Source of the DNA: an uncultured Niastella sp.
GTDB lineage: Bacteria > Bacteroidota > Bacteroidia > Chitinophagales > Chitinophagaceae
Assembly: GCA_966211305.1 (NCBI GenBank)
Contig: CBIHPC010000012.1
Location: forward strand, 44 to 64,043
DNA: 64,000 nucleotides
Direction of reading: 5' to 3'
This document shows, in pieces, positions 20,072 through 29,483 of the stretch. Position 1 is the first letter of the stretch; the number at the start of each line of letters is the position of its first letter. The notes under the pieces are model-generated. The model saw only the letters and a program-made list of their open reading frames with translations, did no database searches and was not told the DNA's origin. Both the position numbers and the translations under genes were made by a program.

Positions 20072-20146
20072 TAAGCGTGATGTATAAAGGCTTTAAAACA
20101 ACGTCGCCTATTGCAATATAATATTTTTTCTCAACTAAGTTATAAT

Positions 20147-20187
20147 AAAAATGGTGGACCGCTTTGCAGTGCGAACCACCTTTTTTA
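20147..20187. terminator. Bidirectional terminator-like hairpin 3' of the 164-aa gene
   Basis: GGTGGaccgc-tttgcagt-gcgaaCCACC, flanked by an A-run upstream and TTTTTT downstream. Confidence 0.55.
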
Positions 20188-20210
20188 TATAAATCGTTTA
20201 CTGTTCCTGG

Positions 20211-20705
20211 TTACCGCTTCGCTGTTGGCTCCGGCTTTTTTAACAGCATCACATAACCGCATAAGTTCTTTTTCTTCTTGTTGACCTGAACCGGTTTTAT
20301 CATGTGGTATTCGCTAAACTGCGGAACGTAAGTGTAACTGATGATACTACCATCCACATCGCCCCACTGATGCCTTTTATAAACAACCTGGCGCTCATTG
20401 AAATCATACATTCGAACTTCGTATAATTTTGAAGAGGGATCACCAATAAAAACAAATTGATAAATTGTTCCGGCCTGCATTGGTAAAACAACCGGCATTT
20501 CATACTCACTTTCCATTTGAATTGAAGCTTCGCGCAATAGTACATATCCCTGTTCTGCACTGGCTTTTTTTATACTGTCAACAGATTGCTGATAAGGATT
20601 GCCTTCACAACTTTGAAGTTTGATTACATCATTTTGCGCTTGCAATGATGGGGAGAAAAATACACAAAAACATGCTAAGATGCATGCGCATAGGGTTTTG
20701 CACAT
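20211..20705 (-). CDS. Hypothetical secreted protein
   Basis: 164 aa with a signal peptide (ILACFCVFFSPSLQAQ). No recognisable domain. Confidence 0.55.
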   Translation of the reverse strand: MCKTLCACILACFCVFFSPSLQAQNDVIKLQSCEGNPYQQSVDSIKKASAEQGYVLLREASIQMESEYEMPVVLPMQAGTIYQFVFIGDPSSKLYEVRMYDFNERQVVYKRHQWGDVDGSIISYTYVPQFSEYHMIKPVQVNKKKKNLCGYVMLLKKPEPTAKR

Positions 20706-20902
20706 AGTAATTGGCTTTTAAGCAGGATTATGGAATTGATAGCTGACATAAAACTACACAAATTGACGGTTCATGCAAGCAGTTAGGCCAACATTTCACA
20801 TATTCTAAATGAATTATGTATTGTTTGCTTAATATTACTATCGCAATTTACATACCACTACAGGGAATCTACTAACAATAAAGGGAATTTTAACATTGAA
20901 AA

Positions 20903-21655
20903 CTACCGGTGCAAATAGAAAGAATTCGCCTGTGCAACACAGGTTAATACCAGGTCATTTATACAAACATGCGATGGTAATGTTGTTGTGTAATAAACAA
21001 CATCGGCCACATCGGCAGCAGATAACGGTTGATATCCATCATACATCTTATCGGCAGCTTCGGCGTTCCCTTTGAACCGCACCATGGAAAATTCGGTTTC
21101 CGCTGCGCCGGGGTGAATGGCGGTTACTTTTATTTTGTGCCGCAGCAGATCAACACGCATCGATTGCGATAATGCATCGAGCCCGTACTTCGAAGCGCAA
21201 TAGCCGTTTCCTCTTTCATATACTTCCTTACCGGCAATAGAACCCATGTTGATGATGTGCCCTTCTTTTCGTGCTATCATGCCAGGTATAACGGCTTTTG
21301 TTACATACATTACTCCTTTAACATTGGTATCGAGCATCGTCTCCCAATCATCAATATCCGCATCTTCAAAATAATCGCGGCCAAGCGCAAGACCCGCGTT
21401 ATTGATGAGTATATCAATTTTTTTAAACTCAGCCGGCAATTGTTCAATAGCGCTGAAAACCGCTATTTTATCGCGCACATCGAATTCCAGCGCATGTGCT
21501 TTTACTTTGTAGGCGGCGGTCAATTGTTTTACCAACTCGTTCAGCCGGTTGGCCCGGCGGCCGGTTATGATTACATTGAAATTATTGGAAGCGAATTTTT
21601 CAGCCATGGCTTTTCCAAAACCGGAAGTAGCGCCGGTGATTAATACAGTATTCAT
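20903..21655 (-). CDS. ydfG: NADP-dependent short-chain dehydrogenase, YdfG (3-hydroxy acid / serine dehydrogenase)-like
   Basis: I moved the start to MNTVLITGATSGFG. The sequence tracks E. coli YdfG closely along its length (IDILINNAGLALG, DWETMLDTNVKG, GHIINMGS, TEFSMVRFKGN). Confidence 0.8.
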   Translation of the reverse strand: MNTVLITGATSGFGKAMAEKFASNNFNVIITGRRANRLNELVKQLTAAYKVKAHALEFDVRDKIAVFSAIEQLPAEFKKIDILINNAGLALGRDYFEDADIDDWETMLDTNVKGVMYVTKAVIPGMIARKEGHIINMGSIAGKEVYERGNGYCASKYGLDALSQSMRVDLLRHKIKVTAIHPGAAETEFSMVRFKGNAEAADKMYDGYQPLSAADVADVVYYTTTLPSHVCINDLVLTCVAQANSFYLHR

Positions 21656-21839
21656 TTGTAAGGAGTAATTTGGCTGCAAAAGTAAGTAATGTTGCGGGCA
21701 AGTAGCCAGTGGTAAACGGCCAGCAGGGCTTTTATTCAAAACTCATAATTAATTGCCTGCTTCGCTGTATTCTAAAACCTTACCTTTTACTTTCCCCACC
21801 CGCTACCGGCTACTTCCCACTCGCCTTTTTCCCACTCGC

Positions 21840-24470
21840 TTAGCGTAACAAAATAGCCGTTCCTTTTCTTGTAACAAGCTTACCCATATAATCGGTACCG
21901 CGGGCCATCCATACATAGGCGCCGGCATCCTGCGGTTTGCCGGAAACAGAACCATCCCATCCCGATTCGGAGGAGTAACCTCTGTACACCATTTGTCCCC
22001 AGCGGTTGAATACGCAGAAATAATCGAGAGTGGCAATACCTACCGGGATAGGCCTCAATACATTGTTACGGCTGCCGCCCGGCCTGAATGCATTGGGAAC
22101 AAATATATCGGGTGCGGTTTTAAATACTTTGATATTGATGGTATCGAGGTCAAAACATCCTTCCGCCGTATACGCTTTTAACTGGTAAGAGAAATTCTCA
22201 TCCAGCATGGCAACGGGATTGGGAATATCGTTCCGGTTGAGATGCGTTGGCGGCAACCATTCATAAAAGTCGGAGCCACGCCCGTTCAACTGCAGGGGCT
22301 GGCCAACTACAATGGAAGTGTCTCTTCCGGCAAATGCGATTATTTCATCTTTAACGTTCACAACAACAGTATCGCGGCCTGGTTTGGGACAACCTAACGT
22401 ATCATATACGCTAAGCAAATACGAAGTAGTTCTCAAAGGCCAGGCCAGTGGGTTTAAACTATTGGGATCGCTCAATGTACTGATGGGGCTCCAGTTAAAA
22501 CGGTACCCAATCATACTGGCCTGTATACCGGCAGTATCCTGGTAACAAATTACCGTATCGGCGCCCGCCCTTGCTGTAGGATATGGAATGGCACGATAGG
22601 TTACGATATCATCCGCCATACATTTACCAATACGGGCGATCACATGGTAAGTAGTAGTGGCCGTAGGCGATACCCAGGGTTGTTTACTATTTGGGTCGCT
22701 GATATAACCGGGCACATTGGCCGTCCACTCAAACTTTAATCCGTCGGTTTGCGGATTCAACCGGAATGTATCGGTTAGGCAAATGGTGCTGTCGGCGCCG
22801 GCATCGAGTGTTACAAAATCTACCACCCGTACCTGTACGTTGTCGCTATTCACACAACCGTTTTCGTTTAATGTAACGGTATAGGTGGTGGTGGTCTTTG
22901 GCCACACCGATGGCGTAGGGGTATTTTCATCCATTATATTATGCATAGGCCCCCAGCTGAAAATACCGTTGCCGCCTGCATTCAGTTTCAATGTATCTAT
23001 GCTGCAAATGAGGGTATCTTTAAATGCCAGCGTTATCGGTGGTTTGTCGCGTACATCGGCCGTTCCCGTTACCGTTCCCACACATCCTTTATCGCTTTCA
23101 ACGGTAAGTGTCACTGTTTTCAAACCGGTGGTGGTGTATTTCCAGGAAGGGTTTTGTGCGCTGCTGACATCGGTACTGGTAGTTTCATCGCCAAAATCCC
23201 AGGTCCATTTAACCGCCTTTCCATATCGTGAAGTTGTTTGATCGGTAAACTGCAATGGCAATAACACGCAGGTTCCGGTAACTTTAATCGCCGGCCAGAA
23301 CCCCGGATATACTTTTGCCATTGTCACCGTTTCATCTTCACACTGACCGGCCAGTACGACTTTCAGTTTAACCGCGAAAGTGCCTGTGTCGGCAAACTGA
23401 TGCTGTACCCGGCCTTCAATATCGGTAGTGGTTACGGGCGGCGTGCCATCGCCAAAATCCCAGGTGTACACAGAGCCGGCGGGATTCACCTGTTCGTTCT
23501 TAAAGGTCACCAGAAAATCGTCGCAATAGGAATAATTCGGTTTCAGCAATGCCTCGAGCGGAATGCAATCCGAAACCTTTACATGCACATCCTTGCGGTG
23601 AATATTTATTAAAACGCCCTGCCGGTATTCGTAAGCGCAAACAGTGATCACATACTGGCCAATGGTGTAAGGCGCAATGCCGCTGATGATACCGGTTTTT
23701 GAATCGATAGTAACCTGGCCGCCCAGCGGTCCGTTGCCGCTATAAGGCGACCGGTAATTTAAGCTGGAGTATGGCGGCGGAGAAGCGGCATATGGATTAG
23801 GCGTACCTGTTGACGCGCCTACAAAGCCACTGCAAAAGGTATATACCAGGGAATCAGTGTTGTTTGGTTCAGTAGCGGCAAAGCTCAAAGTAAAATTACT
23901 GCCGCGGCAAATGGCCGTTGCATCGTTTGGCAGGTAACGTGGGCTTGAATTTTTATATGCTTCGGGTAATGAACTGGTACCGGGGATCTCGCACATATAA
24001 GTGGCGCCTACCGAATTGCTGCGCGGCTCGAGGTTGATGATATTGTCGATACGGCAACAGCGTTGATATGATATAACATAGCCGGCATGATTGACTGGCA
24101 GTGTGATTACAGTGGAAAAAGACCGCACCCGGTAGCATACATCGTTGGGCGGGTTGCTGATACAGGGGTTGGAGGCGGGATCGAACCGAAGCCATTCGTC
24201 ACCCTGGGAAGGCGCGGTAAACGGGCTACCGTACTGGCTGTTATTCCCTTTATCGTAAACGGTCAACCTGATCTCACCGTCTAACTGACCGCTGCTATTG
24301 GCATTACAGTCGATATACAGCTTTAGCGTAACCCGGTATTGTGAGGTGTTTGCATCACCACCAGGCCCCAGGTATTCATAAAACATCTCCCCTCCCTTAA
24401 TATGCTCGGCAAACAGGGACTGGATTGTTCCAAAAAAGCACAACAAAGCTATCGCCAGTGTTTTTCTCAT
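21840..24470 (-). CDS. T9SS cargo: PKD-repeat surface protein with a type B (gliding-motility-associated, CHU_C) C-terminal sorting domain
   Basis: 876 aa with a signal peptide. PKD signatures WDFGDGT and WDFGDET are present. The C-terminus reads FVPNAFRPGG..NRWGQMVY..GWDG...AGAYVW. Confidence 0.8.
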   Translation of the reverse strand: MRKTLAIALLCFFGTIQSLFAEHIKGGEMFYEYLGPGGDANTSQYRVTLKLYIDCNANSSGQLDGEIRLTVYDKGNNSQYGSPFTAPSQGDEWLRFDPASNPCISNPPNDVCYRVRSFSTVITLPVNHAGYVISYQRCCRIDNIINLEPRSNSVGATYMCEIPGTSSLPEAYKNSSPRYLPNDATAICRGSNFTLSFAATEPNNTDSLVYTFCSGFVGASTGTPNPYAASPPPYSSLNYRSPYSGNGPLGGQVTIDSKTGIISGIAPYTIGQYVITVCAYEYRQGVLINIHRKDVHVKVSDCIPLEALLKPNYSYCDDFLVTFKNEQVNPAGSVYTWDFGDGTPPVTTTDIEGRVQHQFADTGTFAVKLKVVLAGQCEDETVTMAKVYPGFWPAIKVTGTCVLLPLQFTDQTTSRYGKAVKWTWDFGDETTSTDVSSAQNPSWKYTTTGLKTVTLTVESDKGCVGTVTGTADVRDKPPITLAFKDTLICSIDTLKLNAGGNGIFSWGPMHNIMDENTPTPSVWPKTTTTYTVTLNENGCVNSDNVQVRVVDFVTLDAGADSTICLTDTFRLNPQTDGLKFEWTANVPGYISDPNSKQPWVSPTATTTYHVIARIGKCMADDIVTYRAIPYPTARAGADTVICYQDTAGIQASMIGYRFNWSPISTLSDPNSLNPLAWPLRTTSYLLSVYDTLGCPKPGRDTVVVNVKDEIIAFAGRDTSIVVGQPLQLNGRGSDFYEWLPPTHLNRNDIPNPVAMLDENFSYQLKAYTAEGCFDLDTINIKVFKTAPDIFVPNAFRPGGSRNNVLRPIPVGIATLDYFCVFNRWGQMVYRGYSSESGWDGSVSGKPQDAGAYVWMARGTDYMGKLVTRKGTAILLR

Positions 24471-24505
24471 TCAACTGGTCTCCAGGTCAGTTTACGTTAG
24501 CCAAA

Positions 24506-25303
24506 TTAACTATGCATCAAAAAGGCATCAATATAATCGTTACTTAATACAGGTTCCTCCCACATCCCCATATGTCCGGAATGTTCAAGCGTATGAATAT
24601 AGGACAATCCCGGCATATAACTCTGTTGCAGCCCCTGTTCATATGGCACTGCTGTATCATGTTTTCCTAATATAAACAGAACCGGTCGGGGAAAGCTTTT
24701 CAGTACATGCGTCCGGTCGGGCCGAACCATCATGGCCTGGTAATAATTTACGAGAGACTGACCAATAAAGTTGGTATAACGTGAAAGTATTTTGCGCACC
24801 ATTTCGGGTTGGTGCTTTTTTGTTTCTTCCGAGAAAAGATTGGGAACAGACTGCTCAATAAATTTTGCAGCGCCGTTCTGTTGAATGAATTCGATACCGC
24901 GGCGGCGGGCTGTCTTTTTTTCTTCATTATCGGCATAGGCCGTAGAATGAAATAACCCGAATGATTGCAATCTGTGCGGCCAGGCTTCGGCAAAAGCAAG
25001 CGTAATGTAGCCGCCCATGCTATGCCCTATCATGCTAACGGTTGAAATATTTTCCTGGTCGAGGATCCGGCGGATACATTCGGCGAAATATTCCATCGAC
25101 CAGCCGGCACTGTTTACGGGAGATCTTCCACTTCCGGGTAGATCGGGAATGATAAGCTGAAATTTGTTTTTCAATGCCCCGATCTGGTTTTCCCAAACGG
25201 TACCATCCTCTGAAAAACCATGTACCAGTACCACAGGCCGCCCCGTACCTTCAATGCGGTAATACACAGGCTGCCCATCCAGCATGATATTTTTTTCTAC
25301 CAT
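24506..25303 (-). CDS. Alpha/beta-fold hydrolase
   Basis: 265 aa with HGFSEDG, the nucleophile elbow GHSMGG and a C-terminal GH. It starts 10 nt after the DUF4105 gene, so co-transcription is likely. Confidence 0.8.
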   Translation of the reverse strand: MVEKNIMLDGQPVYYRIEGTGRPVVLVHGFSEDGTVWENQIGALKNKFQLIIPDLPGSGRSPVNSAGWSMEYFAECIRRILDQENISTVSMIGHSMGGYITLAFAEAWPHRLQSFGLFHSTAYADNEEKKTARRRGIEFIQQNGAAKFIEQSVPNLFSEETKKHQPEMVRKILSRYTNFIGQSLVNYYQAMMVRPDRTHVLKSFPRPVLFILGKHDTAVPYEQGLQQSYMPGLSYIHTLEHSGHMGMWEEPVLSNDYIDAFLMHS

Positions 25304-25312
25304 TCCCTGAAG

Positions 25313-26542
25313 TTACTTAAGTTCTGCATTTTTTGTAGTAGAACTAAAGAACACATTTGTGGTATTTTTTGTTTTTAATCTCTTTTTAAAAAGATCGCCG
25401 CGGAAATTACTGCGAACTAATACGATACCCAGCAAAGGCAGTACGGCCATATTTATCTTCTGGGGTATAAAGAACAACCAGCAAACGGCAAATAAAAGTG
25501 TGAGCACAAATACTACGCGGAAATATTGTTGAATCCATTTTCTTTTCAGATACACTACAAATGCCATGAAAAAATGCGTTGGCAATGCCCAGCCAAGATT
25601 GTAATTATTGCGGCATACGTCATCTACACGTATGGCCCACAGGGTTACGATCACAACTCCAAAGAAACCGATGAGCAGAAAAAATACTGCATCAAAAACA
25701 TTAAGGAAACCCTGCGCATACTTATTGGTACTGAACGACAACAAGGTGACAATAATGAACAACGTTGCAAAAACGAACAGGGGAGTAAACAGGGTAACAG
25801 ATGGCGGAACCGGGGCCACGGGAAGTACATTGTTTTTAGCGGCCACCAGTTTGCGGCCATCGACCATGGCACTATCGAACCCCTTCAACAAATAATCGGG
25901 CAGGAACATCGACGATTCGTTTGTAACCTTTTTATCGAGGTTACTACCCAGTAACAGATCGATGCCGAACTTGCTCCAGTGCTGGTTGGCTTTATCGAGG
26001 TAAGTATGAATGAGGTTGCGGAAGGAGGGCACTTTTTCGGGGAGGATGCTTTTAAACACCACCGATGCGCCTGATTTTTGCGTTATCATATCGCGGGCGC
26101 GGGTGGTGCAGTTGTCGGTATGAAAATAATAATTGTAGTAGCGGTTCTGTTCCAGTGCATTTTCCTGCAGGGCAGCATACAGCCGTTGTTTTTCATCGCC
26201 ATTCAGGTTAAGCTCCTGCTCAATTACATAGCGTCTTTCATAAGCGTATTCCTGTAAAAATTCCTGAAATGAATAATTTGAAAGCGCATATATCATAATG
26301 CCCCTGGTGAACTTCACATAAAAGTTGGGATCACGGTCGTCGAAGGTGCCATAATTATAAACCATATCGATACCGCGGGTGCTATCGGTAACCCTGATGG
26401 CAGTATGGCCGAATGTTGAATACAATTCTGCGCCGGGACTGCAGGTAAGTAAACTGATGCGTAAATGACTTGAATCGGTTTGAGCGATGGCTGTAATACA
26501 GAAAAGCGGGAAAAGGAACAGTAAAATGCTACGGAGCTTCAT
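25313..26542 (-). CDS. DUF4105 / Lnb-family membrane protein (periplasmic N-domain plus C-terminal TM bundle)
   Basis: I moved the start to MKLRSILLFLFPLF. The DUF4105 hallmark is LLTCSPGAELYSTFGHTAIRV. Four to five TM helices occupy the last 150 aa. Confidence 0.7.
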   Translation of the reverse strand: MKLRSILLFLFPLFCITAIAQTDSSHLRISLLTCSPGAELYSTFGHTAIRVTDSTRGIDMVYNYGTFDDRDPNFYVKFTRGIMIYALSNYSFQEFLQEYAYERRYVIEQELNLNGDEKQRLYAALQENALEQNRYYNYYFHTDNCTTRARDMITQKSGASVVFKSILPEKVPSFRNLIHTYLDKANQHWSKFGIDLLLGSNLDKKVTNESSMFLPDYLLKGFDSAMVDGRKLVAAKNNVLPVAPVPPSVTLFTPLFVFATLFIIVTLLSFSTNKYAQGFLNVFDAVFFLLIGFFGVVIVTLWAIRVDDVCRNNYNLGWALPTHFFMAFVVYLKRKWIQQYFRVVFVLTLLFAVCWLFFIPQKINMAVLPLLGIVLVRSNFRGDLFKKRLKTKNTTNVFFSSTTKNAELK

Positions 26543-26562
26543 CAGGAAGAATTTAAAATAAT

Positions 26563-26674
26563 GGTTACAGGTTCCAGGTGGCAGGTTGCAGGGGAAACCG
26601 AAAACCGGACAGCTCGAATAAAGAGCCATCCTCCCGAATAACAGCCCTGTAACCTGCAACCTGTAACGTGTAAC
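26563..26674. repeat. Long imperfect inverted repeat (about 31-bp stem, 50-nt loop) built from GGTTACAGG/GGTTGCAGG words
   Basis: The left arm is ggttacaggttccaggtggcaggttgcagggg and the right arm is ccctgtaacctgcaacctgtaacgtgtaac. By hand I get about 27 paired positions and 4 mismatches. It lies between the guaB stop and the DUF4105 start. Confidence 0.8.
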
Positions 26675-26679
26675 AAAAT

Positions 26680-28287
<1,608 letters not shown>

Positions 28288-28289
28288 CT

Positions 28290-29039
28290 ATGTCTACGGC
28301 CGGTAAAAATCTGAAATACCTTCGCAAACTGCGCGGGTGGACCCAGGAAGAGTTTGCCACCAAATTACAGATCAAACGTTCCCTGCTGGGTGCTTATGAA
28401 GAAGAGCGGGCTGAGCCTCGCATCGATGTGCTTGAAATGGTTGGGGAAATGTTCAAGCTCACGCTCGACGAGCTGCTGCTGAAAGACCTGGCGGATACAA
28501 AAGGAAATTACCTTGCCAAACGGCGCGCGCAGAAACTGGCCGCCGGCACTAATGAGATCCAGTTTGTACCGGTAAAAGCAGCAGCGGGTTACCTCGCTGG
28601 TTATGCCGACCCGGAATTTATTGATGAACTGAATACATTTACCCTGCCCATGCTGGCGCCAGGCCAATACCGCGCCTTTGAGATCGTTGGGGACTCTATG
28701 TTACCTACTCCCAGCGGATCGATCATTGTGGGCGAAAAGGTAGAAGACATCAACGATGTAAAGAATAACTTCACTTATATAGTAGTTTCACGCAACGAAG
28801 GCATTGTGTATAAAAGGGTAATGAAGAACAACCGCTCAAAGAACAAATACACGCTGGTGAGCGATAACCCCACCTATCAGCCTTACCAGGTAAATGGAGA
28901 AGACATTCTGGAGGTTTGGAAGGCCGCCATGATCCTTGGCAAAGCCAATGCGCAACCGCACTGGAATGTAAACCAACTGGCCAATGTGGTAAATACATTA
29001 CAGGAACAGGTAAGCTACTTAAAGAAGAAAATAAACTAA
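28290..29039 (+). CDS. XRE-HTH / S24 peptidase (LexA- or cI-like) self-cleaving repressor
   Basis: N-terminal HTH (LRKLRGWTQEEFATKLQIKRSLLGAYE). The C-terminal S24 domain has the catalytic Ser (VGDSMLP) and Lys (VYKRV). Confidence 0.8.
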   Translation: MSTAGKNLKYLRKLRGWTQEEFATKLQIKRSLLGAYEEERAEPRIDVLEMVGEMFKLTLDELLLKDLADTKGNYLAKRRAQKLAAGTNEIQFVPVKAAAGYLAGYADPEFIDELNTFTLPMLAPGQYRAFEIVGDSMLPTPSGSIIVGEKVEDINDVKNNFTYIVVSRNEGIVYKRVMKNNRSKNKYTLVSDNPTYQPYQVNGEDILEVWKAAMILGKANAQPHWNVNQLANVVNTLQEQVSYLKKKIN

Positions 29040-29177
29040 GTAAACCAGTTCCCAGGTTCATTGGTTAACCTATGCAACATTTGAATAATATGAAATATGT
29101 AATGAATTTGGAGCCCAAAGCTTTGAACTATGACCAGGGAACTGTGAACTATGAACTAAAAACAATGAATTTACCCG

Positions 29178-29193
29178 ATTGCTGATCAGCAAT
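29178..29193. promoter_or_regulatory. Perfect 16-bp palindrome ATTGCTGATCAGCAAT
   Basis: Seen directly in the 444-bp spacer between the repressor gene and the DUF5916 gene. No T-run follows, so a protein-binding site is more likely than a terminator. Confidence 0.35.
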
Positions 29194-29457
29194 ACTATTC
29201 CCGCAGCTATTTCCTTGCCTGATTTGTAATGAACTTCTTATATTGAGCCATATTTGAAGGGCTGTCTACGCGCGACCAGACAATCCCACCAGTAATTTGC
29301 CATACTTATTCTTCCCAGTTAAACGGTTAGCAAAAGAATGTGCTAACCCGCCTGCGCGTAATACCAATAACCATCAGCAATGGAAAATGTCAACCAGGCG
29401 GGTAGACATGTATGTATAATATTTTTTTATGCCCCTTTTTACAAATCTAAATTCGGC

Positions 29458-29465
29458 TATTTTTG
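29458..29465 (+). promoter_or_regulatory. -7 promoter box TATTTTTG for the DUF5916 gene
   Basis: A perfect TAnnTTTG lies 18 nt upstream of the ATG at 29484. No clear -33 TTG is present. Confidence 0.4.
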
Positions 29466-29483
29466 CCCCCCTTAAAATGACCT

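Noticed and set aside
26563-26674. IS element, MITE or integration scar.
   Set aside because: There is no transposase, no obvious target-site duplication, and the arms are made of the same words that occur singly in other leaders. A MITE-like origin cannot be fully excluded without genome-wide copies.
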